Assembly: GCA_963713615.1 (NCBI GenBank)
Contig: CAVQMM010000001.1
Span: 1,280,001 to 1,344,000 of the forward strand
From: an uncultured Chlamydiae bacterium
GTDB lineage: Bacteria; Chlamydiota; Chlamydiia; Chlamydiales; JAJFMA01
Length of the DNA stretch: 64,000 nt
Reading direction: 5' to 3'
Shown here in pieces: positions 18,994 through 32,446 of the stretch. Positions within the stretch are counted from its first letter, which is position 1, and every line of letters starts with the position of its first letter. A model generated the notes under the pieces. That model was not told where the DNA came from. It made no database searches and was given only the letters and a program-made list of their open reading frames with translations. A program made the position numbers and the translations under genes.

Positions 18994-19097
18994 TTTGTTT
19001 TATTTATTTTATAAGCAACTTTACCAGAATTAAACAATTACAGTCAATGGGTTTTAAAATCATGCTTTGTATTTGAAGTTTTTAACTGACGAGTTTA

Positions 19098-19194
19098 ATG
19101 GACTTATTGGACGAACTGGACTGATTGGACGAATTGGACATAAAAAGCGAAGTCCATTTTTGTCCAATCAGTCCAATAAGTCCAGTTCGTCCAT
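19098..19194. repeat. Family C palindrome
   Basis: (TGGAC-N4)x5 followed by (GTCCA-N4)x5. Confidence 0.9.
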
Positions 19195-19293
19195 AGCCCC
19201 ACATGGGAAACTTGTACAATTTCCATTGCCCTGTTAGCGAATATTTTGCTAAGTTTGTTCTATTACTCTCGACGTCACTTAACGGAATCACCA

Positions 19294-19497
19294 ATGTCCA
19301 ACTTTGTTCAAACAGCTATCATAGCCTCGATTGTCGTCATTATAGCACTCTTAGCGATGGCCATTGGGTGGCTGATCACCGGAAAGTCAAAAATGCGACG
19401 AGGTTGCGGGAGAGACCCCACCAAGCAACGCAGCGAAGACTGCGGCGACGCGCGCCAATGTGACCTGTGTGAGCACTCAGATGACAAAAAGAAATAA
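19294..19497 (+). CDS. Small single-TM Cys-rich protein, NqrM/DUF539-like
   Basis: TM ending 'LLAMAIGWLITGK', then 'RGCG...C...CDLC'. Confidence 0.55.
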   Translation: MSNFVQTAIIASIVVIIALLAMAIGWLITGKSKMRRGCGRDPTKQRSEDCGDARQCDLCEHSDDKKK

Positions 19498-19511
19498 CGG
19501 AGTCGCTGACT

Positions 19512-20654
19512 ATGACCTTCACAATTCCCGAACAGGAAGCCGAGACACTCTTCAGAGCGATGCCTATTCCTGAGCTTGAAGCCATCGCCACCAAAGTCAT
19601 TGACGAGGACCGCCTGAGCGCTGAGGAGGGCCTATATCTTTACCGCAGTGAGCATGGTGAAGCCGTACGCCAGCTAGCCGACTATGCCAGAAGGCAAAAG
19701 GCTGGGGATAGCGTGCTCTTTGCAACGACATTGTATATTCACCCGACAAATCTTTGTGAGTTGTCGTGCCCGTTGTGTTCTTTCTATGCAAAACCTGGAT
19801 GGGATACTGCCTGGTTCCTGACTCCGGCTCAAGCTGAAGAAAAAATCCGTGGCTATATTGACCGCAACCTAACCGAAATTCACGTTGTTGGTGGATTGTG
19901 GCGCGACTGCAACCTAGATTACTACCAGGATCTATTTTGTCGGATCAAGAACCTCAATCCTGATCTGCACATTAAGGCCTTGACCCCCGTTGAATATGAC
20001 TTTCTTGCAAAACTACACGGTATTTCGGTGGAGGAGGTTTTCAGACGCATGATCAGCTGGGGTTTAGGCTCCCTCCCTGGCGGTGGCGCTGAAGTTCTGG
20101 TGGAAGAAATCCGCAAAGCCTTAGCTCCTCAGAAAATCACTTCCGACGAATATTTGGCGATCCATGGCATCGCTCACCGCATGGGGTTACCCTCTAATGT
20201 CACCATGCTCTTTGGCTCCGTTGAAGAGCCGGAGCACCTAATTACTCACCTGTGCCGTGTGCGGCAGCAGCAGGATGAAACGAAGGGCTTTCGCACTTTT
20301 GTTCCCTTGAAATATCATGAAGAGAACAATGCACTAGGCAAGCGTAAAAAGCGTTTAAAGCCCAAAGATGTCAGTCGTGTCTTTGCGGTATCTAGGCTGA
20401 TGCTCGATAACATCGCCAACCTAAAGGTTCTTTGGAACTATCTCGGGGTGAGCGAAGCACAAGAGCTCTTGCGTTGGGGAGCAAACGATTTATCCTCCAC
20501 GAACCTCGACGAAAAAATCATCGTGATGGCAGGTGGCCTTTCCTTAAAGATGACACGTGAGACCATGCAGCAGCTGATTCGTGATGTGGGACGAATCCCT
20601 CAAGAAGCACATTCTGGACAACAATTAAATGAGGTAGTGACTTGCTCAAAGTAG
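19512..20654 (+). CDS. mqnE: Aminofutalosine synthase (CofH/MqnE radical SAM)
   Basis: CxxxCxxC 'CELSCPLC', 'EIHVVGG', 'SLPGGGAE', 'NVTMLFG'; adjacent to mqnA and menG. Confidence 0.85.
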   Translation: MTFTIPEQEAETLFRAMPIPELEAIATKVIDEDRLSAEEGLYLYRSEHGEAVRQLADYARRQKAGDSVLFATTLYIHPTNLCELSCPLCSFYAKPGWDTAWFLTPAQAEEKIRGYIDRNLTEIHVVGGLWRDCNLDYYQDLFCRIKNLNPDLHIKALTPVEYDFLAKLHGISVEEVFRRMISWGLGSLPGGGAEVLVEEIRKALAPQKITSDEYLAIHGIAHRMGLPSNVTMLFGSVEEPEHLITHLCRVRQQQDETKGFRTFVPLKYHEENNALGKRKKRLKPKDVSRVFAVSRLMLDNIANLKVLWNYLGVSEAQELLRWGANDLSSTNLDEKIIVMAGGLSLKMTRETMQQLIRDVGRIPQEAHSGQQLNEVVTCSK

Positions 20655-21460
20655 GTGTCATTGACTATATTAACTTTCTGCCATTCTTCGCCGCCTTTGA
20701 GCAAGGGGTCTTTCCTGCTCCTGTTCAGTGGGTACCGGGAGTGCCCTCGGCCCTCAATCTAGCTTTAAATAAAGGAGAACTCGATGTATCTCCTATTAGC
20801 TCAGCGGAATATTTGGCGAATAGCTCTATTTACGGCCTGTTGCCGAATTTCTGTATTGGCGCTGAAGATAAGGTCATAAGTGTCTGTCTCTATAGTAAGT
20901 TTAAGGTCCAAGATCTCACTGGTAAGACTATTGGTCTAACATCGCAGAGTGCCAGCTCAGGTTTGTTGGTGAAGGTATTGTGTCATCATTTTTGGAAGGT
21001 TGAGCCTAACTTCATCACTCTGGATACCTTTGACGAGTTGAAGCGATGCGATGCCTTTCTACTCATTGGCAACGAGTCGCTCTTGCATCCCAAGGTTGCA
21101 CGGTTTACGACTATCGATCTTGCGCACACCTGGTACACGGAGACAAACCTTCCGTTCACATTTGCTGTTTTTGCCGCGCGCAACGACATTTTGAAGGCGC
21201 GTCCCCATGATGTCGAGGCTTTGGGAACGGCTTTTCAGCGAGCCTATAGCTGGGCGCTTCAACATCAGAATACTGTCGAAGCTTTGGCCAGAAAGCGTCT
21301 TTCAATACCTCTAGAACGCATCAGAGAATATTATAAGGTTTTGCGCTATCGCTTCGATGACAAACAGCAACTAGGGCTTGCGCTCTATGGTCAGCTTATT
21401 GAAAGCCTCCCAAAAGATTCAAAAACAGCCTCGTCACAAGCACATGTCAATGTACACTAA
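20642..21460 (+). CDS. mqnA: Chorismate dehydratase (futalosine pathway)
   Basis: 'GVIDYINFLP', 'PSALN...GELDVSPISSAEY', 'LLIGN', 'W...TNLPFTFAVF'. Confidence 0.85.
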   Translation: MLKVGVIDYINFLPFFAAFEQGVFPAPVQWVPGVPSALNLALNKGELDVSPISSAEYLANSSIYGLLPNFCIGAEDKVISVCLYSKFKVQDLTGKTIGLTSQSASSGLLVKVLCHHFWKVEPNFITLDTFDELKRCDAFLLIGNESLLHPKVARFTTIDLAHTWYTETNLPFTFAVFAARNDILKARPHDVEALGTAFQRAYSWALQHQNTVEALARKRLSIPLERIREYYKVLRYRFDDKQQLGLALYGQLIESLPKDSKTASSQAHVNVH

Positions 21461-22166
21461 GCAAGACCCTCATTCGATAAGAACCCTTTTCGCCAGCATT
21501 GCCAAAAGATATGATATTGGGAATGCTGTGCTATCCATGCGGCTGTTTCGTCGATGGAATATGCAGCTAATCTCTGAGGTCGCAGCGCCGCAGCAACCTA
21601 AGGTCTTACTGGACCTCTGTTGTGGCACTGGCGATATCGCTTTCACCTATTTAAGGCAGGCCGAAGCGCCCCCAGAAACAGTCTATATGATCGATTTCTG
21701 CCCGGAGATGCTGCGTCAGGCCCGCATCAAGTCGGAAGGCCTTTCAGGACATAAAACAAGCATTCACTTCATTGTGGGAGATGCTCAGGACATCCCTTTG
21801 CCAGACGCTAGTGTCGATTGCGTGACGATCGCTTATGGCATCCGCAATGTGGCAAATCCCGCCAAATGTTTAGGAGAGATTTTTAGAGTCTTGCGACCAC
21901 AAGGGACTGTAGGAATCTTGGAGCTTACGCGTCCAAGCAATCCCTTCATGCGTCTAGGGCACTTGCTCTATCTGAAAACGATAGTGCCAGTCGTTGGGCG
22001 ATTCTTGACATCCGATCGTCAGGCTTATGAGTACTTGCAGAGCAGCATTCGGCACTTTATTCCTGCTGAGGACCTGCAGAGAATGCTGCTAGAGGCTGGC
22101 TTTGATAATGCGAGCATTACGCCATTGTCTGGAGGCATTGCAACGCTCATCCAAGCGCACAAATAA
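21444..22166 (+). CDS. menG: Demethylmenaquinone methyltransferase
   Basis: 'FASIAKRYD', 'LLDLCCGTGD', 'AYGIRNV', 'AYEYLQSSI'. Confidence 0.9.
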   Translation: MSMYTKQDPHSIRTLFASIAKRYDIGNAVLSMRLFRRWNMQLISEVAAPQQPKVLLDLCCGTGDIAFTYLRQAEAPPETVYMIDFCPEMLRQARIKSEGLSGHKTSIHFIVGDAQDIPLPDASVDCVTIAYGIRNVANPAKCLGEIFRVLRPQGTVGILELTRPSNPFMRLGHLLYLKTIVPVVGRFLTSDRQAYEYLQSSIRHFIPAEDLQRMLLEAGFDNASITPLSGGIATLIQAHK

Positions 22167-22178
22167 AACAACCATTGC

Positions 22179-22708
22179 AGCCCTCACAATCGTGTCTCGG
22201 CGCGCAGCGCTTGGCTTTGGGCTATGGACGAACTGGACTAATTGGACTGATTGGACGAAATGGACAATAAAAGTGAAGTCCATTTGGTCCATTTAGTCCA
22301 ATTGTTGGACTTTGCACATTTTTTGGATACGCAAATCCTATAAAGCGCACCGTTTCGCGGTGCGGGGAACATATTGTGCAATACCAGGGGTTGCTAGCGC
22401 TTCGCGCTTGAGCACCCCTGGCTACCTATCGGCTACCGCTTCGCGGTAACAATGTCACCGTGTGATAATCTTAAAACCACGAAATGCTGGTCATCTCTGG
22501 CGCATTGTTGCCTAGCCACATGAGCATCCTAAACCACGAAGTGGTTATCGATAGATAGCCAGGGGTGCTCAAGCGCGAAGCGCTAGCAACCCCTGGTATT
22601 GCACAATATGTTCCCGCACCGCAAAGCGGTGCGCTATAGAGGATTTGCGTGGAGCGCTGAATCTTGCAACCCCAAAGCGCTACGCACCGAGACACGATTG
22701 TGAGGGCT
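22179..22708. mobile_element. Family A shell containing a family C palindrome (22223-22302) and a family E element
   Basis: agccctcacaatcgtgtctcgg ... ccgagacacgattgtgagggct termini. Confidence 0.85.
22329..22650. mobile_element. Family E palindromic element with internal sub-hairpins
   Basis: ~110-bp inverted arms 'acgcaaatcct..gcgcaccg...ccaggggttgctagcgcttcgcgcttgagcacccctggcta'. Confidence 0.85.
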
Positions 22709-22784
22709 TTACCAGGGGTCAAGCAAGGAGATGCCCGCTGCTGTTATCAGCTCAGAAGACGAAAAACCATCTCCAGGTGCTAAC

Positions 22785-24542
22785 TCAGGATATAGAAAGC
22801 GTTGGCCATATGTTTTGCTTGAAAAACCTCAAAGTGTCCAAATCGTGTTTCGGTTTCTCCCAACGGGGTGTACCTATGTGTAACTCTTCTAGATTGCTAA
22901 GATCTACGCCTTTCAGTGATATACCGCGACGAACGTTAAAAAGCTTAAGAATTCGTAGACGTTTACTATTCAGATTCCGCGGCGACAGACGGTGGTACAT
23001 GTCCACAACGTTTCGCAGCGACAGGCCGCGGTACATGACCGCGGCGTTGGCCGGCGACAGAATGAGGTTAAGGTACATGTTCAGGTTCCGCAGCGACAGA
23101 CAGTGGTCCATGTCCACAGCGAGTTCTTCCAAATTCGGTGCATCCAAACCTTTAAACTTATCAAAGTGAGGCAAATGGAGAACTCGCAAGCGAGGGAAGG
23201 ACAAGCCCTGCACTTCTGCAGAGGCCCCATAAAAATATAGCTCCTCCAACCTGCTTAGATCCAAATCTCGCAATAGCGGATTGTTACAATGCATCCTGAG
23301 AATTCGCAAGGGTGGGATATTGCTGGTATCGTCCAAGTTCTCCCATGTAGTGAGCTCTTCTAAACTGGAAAGCTTGGCTCCTTTAAGTGATATTTTCCCC
23401 TTGCGACCTAATTTGAGAACTCGCAGGCTGCTAAGATTCATATTTTCCAGGCTTACTTCAAGCTTCTTATCCATTTCAAGAACTTTTAAGTAACTAAGAT
23501 CTAGACCCTGCAATATTATTGAAGACCATAAAGATAATTTTTCCAATTTTGAGAGATTAACGCCTTGCAACATGTCCGTTGTTAAATTATGCATACTTAG
23601 AATTCGTATGCGTGACAAATTTAAGTCTTTAATTATGTATTGCATAGGCATACTAGTACTAGTATGAATTTCTTCTAGTTTGCTAATACCTAAATCCTGA
23701 AAAGACAGATGGCAGAACAGTGGGTTCGTTTTCAATACTCGCAGTTGAGAAAACTTCGAGCCATCAAGAAATTTGTTGGTTGTGCTAGTAAGCTGAAAAC
23801 CCAAAATTTCTAATTTTCTTAAGTCCAAATACTGCAGATTATGTTCAAATCTTCCCTCCAAATATAATTCCCGAAGATTGCTAAGATCCAGACCAATCAT
23901 GTCATAATTTCTGTTACGAAGAATTTTTAGCCTAGAAAGATCCAATCCATACAATAACTTATTAAAACCTGCACCTATTTTGAGTTCTTTTAAATTGCAT
24001 AAATCGAAATCAGTCAGGACCTGATTAAAATAATCGTTCATATGAAACACTTTAAGTTTGTTAATAGTCCTTGCAGGCACATTCCCTCTAAAGTATTGGT
24101 ATAGAATCAAAGTATCCAGTTTAGGATATTCATCTATTAAATTATTATTTTTAATTAAAAAATTTGCTAAACGAAGTGTTTTGAATTCAAGATAGCAAAC
24201 ATGGGGTTTAACATACGATGCAAAGGGAAGATTGAAAAATTCTTCGGCGAATAGATGGCGCCTGTTTACCAGGTCTGCAAATAGCCTGCCAGCCAAGTCT
24301 GGATTTTGACTAGATAAAGCAAGAATTGCATTTTTAGCATCACGGGTTTCTAGTTTTTCTACAAAAAGACTCCACACATCAAAAGGAAGATCAGCTATCG
24401 AAACTGGCCCGTCAGCCGGTTCCTCAAACCAAGGCATTGTTGGCACTGAATCCAGTAAAATTGCCTTCGCTTTAGCTATGAATACTGAATCAGAAACATA
24501 GTGAATGGTGGTTCCAAGGACAGTCTTGACATGGGGCTGCAT
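22785..24542 (-). CDS. Leucine-rich repeat protein with F-box-like N-terminal motif (candidate effector)
   Basis: Many 'LDLSxLxxLxL' repeats; 'IADLPFDVWSLFVEKL' is F-box-like; AT-rich. Confidence 0.75.
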   Translation of the reverse strand: MQPHVKTVLGTTIHYVSDSVFIAKAKAILLDSVPTMPWFEEPADGPVSIADLPFDVWSLFVEKLETRDAKNAILALSSQNPDLAGRLFADLVNRRHLFAEEFFNLPFASYVKPHVCYLEFKTLRLANFLIKNNNLIDEYPKLDTLILYQYFRGNVPARTINKLKVFHMNDYFNQVLTDFDLCNLKELKIGAGFNKLLYGLDLSRLKILRNRNYDMIGLDLSNLRELYLEGRFEHNLQYLDLRKLEILGFQLTSTTNKFLDGSKFSQLRVLKTNPLFCHLSFQDLGISKLEEIHTSTSMPMQYIIKDLNLSRIRILSMHNLTTDMLQGVNLSKLEKLSLWSSIILQGLDLSYLKVLEMDKKLEVSLENMNLSSLRVLKLGRKGKISLKGAKLSSLEELTTWENLDDTSNIPPLRILRMHCNNPLLRDLDLSRLEELYFYGASAEVQGLSFPRLRVLHLPHFDKFKGLDAPNLEELAVDMDHCLSLRNLNMYLNLILSPANAAVMYRGLSLRNVVDMYHRLSPRNLNSKRLRILKLFNVRRGISLKGVDLSNLEELHIGTPRWEKPKHDLDTLRFFKQNIWPTLSIS

Positions 24543-24888
24543 ATCGCGGAGGATTTCACCAACAGAAAGAGAAGTTCAAAGCTGGATGGACTGTTCTAAT
24601 TTTCTTGCGAGCACCGATAAGCCTAAATCCCGAGCCCATGCCTGTCTAAAGCCACCGGAAAAATCAACAGATCCCATTGAGAACTCCTAATTAATTAATT
24701 GGGTATTATGTAAATTAACATCTTAGTTGCATACTAAATTAAACTGGTTGCACATTAAGCGCAATCGCTAAATAAGTCTGGTACAAGAGCGTGTTATATT
24801 AAGAATAATATGAGGTAACAAGGCGTTCGATACATAGTACCTGGGAAAGGACCTTGAGGACGATGAAGACCAAGAGCTAAAATCCCAA

Positions 24889-25009
24889 GGTCCATTTAAT
24901 TTATGTCCATAGTGTCCATGCGGTCCATTATTGTCCATAAAGTCCATCTATATCGTGGCAGAATGGACATTAACGGACAGCATGGACACTATGGACATAA
25001 ATGGACATT
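24889..25009. repeat. Family C palindrome
   Basis: 'atgtccatagtgtccatgcggtccat' ... 'ggacagcatggacactatggacat'. Confidence 0.88.
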
Positions 25010-25042
25010 AAGCCCAAAAGGTTTGTTAGGTTGAGGCCTATG
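25008..25042. repeat. Isolated end of a family D element
   Basis: 'aagcccaaaaggtttgttaggttgaggcctatg' approximates the reverse complement of the D left end at 32791/46741. Confidence 0.7.
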
Positions 25043-25052
25043 GGGGCCTATG

Positions 25053-26144
25053 CTAAAGCAAGTCTAGCTTAAGAAAGAGGCTTTCCAGTGTGGTGCGGAT
25101 AGAACTGCTGCGCGCAATGTTCAATCGTGCCTCAGCAACAGCCTCCTGAACGGAGGGAAGAGGGCGCAGGCGCCCACTTTCGTATGCGTTTTGTAGAATA
25201 GCAGCGCGATCGCGATGTGCTAATAGCCGCACATCACCACTGCAGTGAATCAGCTCCAAATCGCGATACCAACCTAAGACCGTTTCCAGTATGGCGTCGA
25301 CCTGTTCGCGTACACGTAATGTAATGGCTCCATCGATTTCCTTCTGAATGGCCTCACGCTGCACTGCCGATAGATCTTCAAATCCGACTGGTGCGATTTC
25401 TTCCGTACAGTAGGCTGTCAAATCCTCCTTGAGCTTCTCAAAGTACTCGTGAAGCACATCGACAACCTGAGAAAGCTCTTTGTAACTAGCGAGCTTTCCC
25501 CTCGACAACGTATTCAACACCAGCTCGCGTTGCTCATCGCCTTTTTGGCTCAACAACCCCAAAGCTCTTCCAATCGACCCATTAGCCTGAGCAGCAATAC
25601 CCCCCGCGACTCCTGCATCACATCCGTGCCGCTGCTGAAGGAACAAAGCTATAGCATCCTCTGGAATAGGCTGAAAGTAGAGTCGACGACAACGCGATAA
25701 CACCGTCGGTAGCAATGCCTGCGGAAAACTCGATAGCAACAGGATCAAGGTATGCGGAGCTGGCTCCTCAAAGGTCTTCAGCAAAGCATTCGCACTGGTC
25801 GGTAACATACGGTCAGCATCGTGAATAACGAAGACCTTGTATGCTGCCTCATTTGGTGGAAGATAAACCTCCTCGCTGAGTGCTCTAAGGCTATCAATGC
25901 TATGCATAGCAACTTTGCCTTCCGGACGGTACACATGCAAATCCGGGTGCGTCCCTTGCTCCGCCTTATGGCGCTGCGCAACACTCCCTCCGAGCATTTC
26001 AACCGCCAACGCTGTGGCGAAAAGGCTTTTGCCAATGCCGTCAGGTCCGGCAAAAAGTAGCGAATGGCCAATACGCTTGTTAGCGACCATATGCTTCAAT
26101 GCTGCTTTGATCTCATCATTGCCAATAATGCAGGAGAGGTCCAT
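25053..26144 (-). CDS. holB: DNA polymerase III delta-prime subunit
   Basis: 'LLFAGPDGIGKS', 'HPDL', 'ANALLKTFEEP', 'TVLSRC'; follows tmk. Confidence 0.92.
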   Translation of the reverse strand: MDLSCIIGNDEIKAALKHMVANKRIGHSLLFAGPDGIGKSLFATALAVEMLGGSVAQRHKAEQGTHPDLHVYRPEGKVAMHSIDSLRALSEEVYLPPNEAAYKVFVIHDADRMLPTSANALLKTFEEPAPHTLILLLSSFPQALLPTVLSRCRRLYFQPIPEDAIALFLQQRHGCDAGVAGGIAAQANGSIGRALGLLSQKGDEQRELVLNTLSRGKLASYKELSQVVDVLHEYFEKLKEDLTAYCTEEIAPVGFEDLSAVQREAIQKEIDGAITLRVREQVDAILETVLGWYRDLELIHCSGDVRLLAHRDRAAILQNAYESGRLRPLPSVQEAVAEARLNIARSSSIRTTLESLFLKLDLL

Positions 26145-26867
26145 CTATAGACCACTCTTAGAGATGTGTTGCTCGATGACTTCCATCACCTGCTCGAAAA
26201 CCTTATCCTGACTTTGGTGCGCGTCAATGACATGAAAGCGTGCTTGTTCTCTCTTAGCCATCTGAAGAAAGGCTTCGCGAATGCGCTGGTGAAAAGCAAT
26301 TTCTTGACTCTCAATGCGGTCTAGGGTTCCCGTGGCATGACTTTTTGCAGCTCGGTCAAGACCAATCTCTGGGTTGACATCCAGGTAAAAAGTGATGTCG
26401 GGAGTCACCCCATCGCAAATCAATGTACACAGCTGCCGGACTTGCTCAATGCCTAAACCACGCCCTAGACCCTGATAGGCTACGGTAGAATCATTAAAAC
26501 GGTCACATAAAACAATTTTCCCTGCTTCTAAGGCCGGAACAAGCACTTCTTCGATATGCTGAGCTCGGGCAGAAAGAAACAAACACAATTCGGCTTTAGC
26601 TCCTACAGAAATGCCTTCGGAAGGATTAAGTAACCACTGACGGATCAGCTCTCCAAGCGGTGTTCCACCAGGTTCACGCGTTGACAACAGGGCATGGCCC
26701 TGCGTTGTCAGAAGCTCCGACACGCGTGTAATCAACGAGGATTTCCCAGCGCCTTCCCCCCCTTCGAAGGAGATAAAGGTACCAGACCAACGCCTCTTAT
26801 GTTGATGCCAACGCTCACGGGCAGGGGTAGGAACGCGTTTATGTTTCGCTCTCGTCAGGGGACTCAT
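26145..26867 (-). CDS. tmk: Thymidylate kinase
   Basis: 'FISFEGGEGAGKS', 'TREPGGT', 'LCDRFNDSTVAYQG'. Confidence 0.95.
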   Translation of the reverse strand: MSPLTRAKHKRVPTPARERWHQHKRRWSGTFISFEGGEGAGKSSLITRVSELLTTQGHALLSTREPGGTPLGELIRQWLLNPSEGISVGAKAELCLFLSARAQHIEEVLVPALEAGKIVLCDRFNDSTVAYQGLGRGLGIEQVRQLCTLICDGVTPDITFYLDVNPEIGLDRAAKSHATGTLDRIESQEIAFHQRIREAFLQMAKREQARFHVIDAHQSQDKVFEQVMEVIEQHISKSGL

Positions 26868-29451
26868 CGTCTTCCTCTAGCTCTTCTTCTTCGACAACGT
26901 CCAGCTCTTCCTCTTCAATCTCTTCTTCGGCGGTATCTAATACCTCCTCATCAAGGATCTCCTCGTCGCCAAGGGAAGCAATCGGTTGATCAACCCCCTC
27001 TTCCACAACGGCTGCAACGCCCTCAAGCTTTTGTGTCGCTACAATCTTATCGTCGTCGCGCAGATTAACGATACGAACTCCCTGGGTATTTCTGCCCATG
27101 ACTCGCATATCTCGCACGCGGAAACGAATCGTCTGACCGCCGCCAGACATCAGCACCATGCTATCATCGTCTGATACACACACTGCTGCCACAACTTTTC
27201 CATTGCGCTCACTGGTGATAATCGAACGCACCCCGACACCGCCACGGTTTGTCTGACGAAAATCTTCAACACGTGAGCGCTTGCCATAACCATGTTCGCA
27301 CATGATCAGCAAGGTTTCGTCACCATTAACCGTCTCCAGGCCAACGACAAGGTCATCCTCATCGCGAAGAGTAACACCTTTGACACCACGAGCTAAGCGG
27401 CCCATCGACCGCACTTTGGTTTGGTCGAATCGTACTGCCATGCCATTTCTTGTGAAAAGCATGATTTGCTGGTCTTGGTGCACCAACCGTGCCGCAATGA
27501 CTTGATCACCCTCATCGATATTGAGAGCCCAAACACCTTTGCGACGAGGATTGCTGAATTCTTTAAGAAGAGTCTTCTTAACGACCCCGCGTTGGGTCGC
27601 CATCACGACGCCGCATTCGGATTCAAAACTCTCGACGCGCAGAATCGTCGCAATGCGCTCATCAGGACGCAAATCTTCGAGTAAGTTGATTAATGCCTTG
27701 CCCTTGGAGCGACGGCCTACATCAGGGATCTGCCACACCTTCAACCAGTAAACACGCCCTAAGTTGGTCAAGATCAGCAGGAAGTCGTGTGCATTGGCGA
27801 TATAGAAGCCCTTAAGGGCATCTGTTTCTTTCTTCAGTTGAATTCCGGTAATGCCCTGGCCACCGCGACGCTGCTCTTTGAAGGTATCGATCGGCATTCT
27901 CTTGATGTAGTCATCTTCGGAGATCGTAATGATAGCTGGTTCATTAGGGATGAGGTCTTCAGTATCCATCTCCCCTTCAGCTGGGATAATCTGCGTGCGA
28001 CGAGGGGATTTCTGCTTTTGCTGAATCTCTAAAAGCTCTTCTTTAATGATGTCACGAACCATGGCTTCGCTAGCAAGTACAGAGCGGTAGTAGTTGATGC
28101 GTTGAAGGAGCTCGTCATATTCTCCCTGGATCTTATCGCGTTCCATTCCCGTTAGTTGATACAAACGCAGATCCAATACAGCATTTGCTTGACGCTCCGA
28201 AAATGTGAAACGTTGAATCAACTCTGTGCGAGCTGCATCGCGGTCATCACTGCTTTTGATCACACGAATCACTTCATCAAGGTGATCGATCGCTTTCAGG
28301 TAGCCTTCGAGAACATGAGCACGTGCTTCTGCCTTATTAAGTTCATAACGCGTGCGACGGCGAATGACCTCGATACGGTGCTCGATCCATACACTAATCA
28401 TGCGATGGATGTTCATGATGCGCGGACGACCATTATCTAGGGCCAACATAATGCAGCCGAAGGTGATCTGTAGATCGCTGTACTTGTATAACTGGTTGAT
28501 GATGACTTCGGGGATTTGGCCTTTCTTAAGGTCCATCACAAGCCGTAAGCCATCCTTGTCGGATTCATCGCGCAGATCAGCAACCCCAGTGATTTGCTTG
28601 TCATTGATGAGCGCAGCGATCGCCTCGATCAGACGAGATTTATTAACGTTGTAAGGGATTTCATCAACAACTAAACGCTGCCGGTCACTTTCCTTAGCAT
28701 CTTCAACGCGAATGATTCCCCGTAGGAGCAGACGACCACGTCCGGTATGGAAAGCTTCTTTGACGCCGCGATAACCACAGATGAGCCCTCCGGTGGGGAA
28801 GTCGGGAGCAGGCATGACCTGCATAATCTCTTCAATGGTCGTCGAAGGAGTTTCCAAGACGAGAAGAGCCGCATTGACCAGTTCGTTGAGGTTATGAGGA
28901 GGGATGTTTGTCGCCATCCCGACGGCAATACCAGACGAACCATTGCTGAGTAAGTTGGGGAATTTTGCAGGGAATACGGTCGGTTCTTTTTTGGTTTCGT
29001 CATAGTTGGCGACCATCTCGACAGTGTCTTTATCGAGATCTTCCATCAGCTGCACAGCCGCTGACGTGAGGCGAGCTTCCGTGTAACGCATGGCGGCAGG
29101 AGGATCACCGTCAATAGAGCCGAAGTTACCCTGCCCCTCGATGAGACAGTAGCGCATCATCCAGTCTTGGGCCATACGGACCAGGGTTGGGTAGATGACT
29201 TGCTCACCGTGTGGGTGGTAGTCCCCGGATGTATCACCGGCAATCTTAGCGCACTTACGATGTTTCGCCCCAGGCGTCAGGTTTAGCTGGCGCATGGCGT
29301 ATAAAATACGCCGTTGTGATGGCTTGAGACCATCGCGAGCATCAGGCAATGCCCGGGAAATAATCACCGACATGGAATAACGGAGATAACTCTCCTTCAT
29401 CTCGTCCTCCACGTTACGTGGAACAATGATCTCGCCGGTAAAATAGGACAT
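26839..29451 (-). CDS. gyrA: DNA gyrase subunit A
   Basis: '[12 protein letters not shown]', '[10 protein letters not shown]', GyrA-box 'QRRGGQG', acidic tail. Confidence 0.97.
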   Translation of the reverse strand: MSYFTGEIIVPRNVEDEMKESYLRYSMSVIISRALPDARDGLKPSQRRILYAMRQLNLTPGAKHRKCAKIAGDTSGDYHPHGEQVIYPTLVRMAQDWMMRYCLIEGQGNFGSIDGDPPAAMRYTEARLTSAAVQLMEDLDKDTVEMVANYDETKKEPTVFPAKFPNLLSNGSSGIAVGMATNIPPHNLNELVNAALLVLETPSTTIEEIMQVMPAPDFPTGGLICGYRGVKEAFHTGRGRLLLRGIIRVEDAKESDRQRLVVDEIPYNVNKSRLIEAIAALINDKQITGVADLRDESDKDGLRLVMDLKKGQIPEVIINQLYKYSDLQITFGCIMLALDNGRPRIMNIHRMISVWIEHRIEVIRRRTRYELNKAEARAHVLEGYLKAIDHLDEVIRVIKSSDDRDAARTELIQRFTFSERQANAVLDLRLYQLTGMERDKIQGEYDELLQRINYYRSVLASEAMVRDIIKEELLEIQQKQKSPRRTQIIPAEGEMDTEDLIPNEPAIITISEDDYIKRMPIDTFKEQRRGGQGITGIQLKKETDALKGFYIANAHDFLLILTNLGRVYWLKVWQIPDVGRRSKGKALINLLEDLRPDERIATILRVESFESECGVVMATQRGVVKKTLLKEFSNPRRKGVWALNIDEGDQVIAARLVHQDQQIMLFTRNGMAVRFDQTKVRSMGRLARGVKGVTLRDEDDLVVGLETVNGDETLLIMCEHGYGKRSRVEDFRQTNRGGVGVRSIITSERNGKVVAAVCVSDDDSMVLMSGGGQTIRFRVRDMRVMGRNTQGVRIVNLRDDDKIVATQKLEGVAAVVEEGVDQPIASLGDEEILDEEVLDTAEEEIEEEELDVVEEEELEEDDESPDESET

Positions 29452-29473
29452 AATAAGGACCTCTGTCTATGCT

Positions 29474-31960
<2,487 letters not shown>

Positions 31961-32014
31961 TCATGGGACAATCGTCTTTCTATTGTTCCGTCGCGACAAT
32001 AATAGGCACTGCGA

Positions 32015-32446
32015 CTAACTCATACGAAAAACGATATCGTAGATCGTTGTTTTGGGCAGCTTACGCCTCAGGGTCAGCAGAATCTTTGGTTTCTCGCGCT
32101 GGCTTAGCAAGCTAAACAGGGTGGAATTCTTTACCCTCACCAACAGAACGCCTGCAGTGAAAGATACCGCCTCTGTCATAGATGCCACACTAGGCCCTAT
32201 CACTCCAGGCCAGGCTGCCAGCACTAAATCGGGGCGCTCTTGCAAACAAGCTGCCACATCGCGCAAAACGGCAGCGGCGAGAGCATCCAGGTGGTGTGTT
32301 GTCACCCGTGGTCCATCGTAGTATTTTGGGGTACGGCGGGTTGCTTGTTTCACGCGCTTTTCTATCCCGAATTTAGAAGATAATAATACCAGAAAAAAGG
32401 CCAAACAGCAACACCTTTCACACAGAAAAATGCAGCAAAAATCCAA
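32015..32446 (-). CDS. DUF721/DciA family protein (true start probably downstream of 32446)
   Basis: 'AAWPGVIGPSVASMTEAVSF..GVLLVRV.NS'; typical position upstream of gyrB. Confidence 0.75.
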   Translation of the reverse strand: MDFCCIFLCERCCCLAFFLVLLSSKFGIEKRVKQATRRTPKYYDGPRVTTHHLDALAAAVLRDVAACLQERPDLVLAAWPGVIGPSVASMTEAVSFTAGVLLVRVKNSTLFSLLSQREKPKILLTLRRKLPKTTIYDIVFRMS

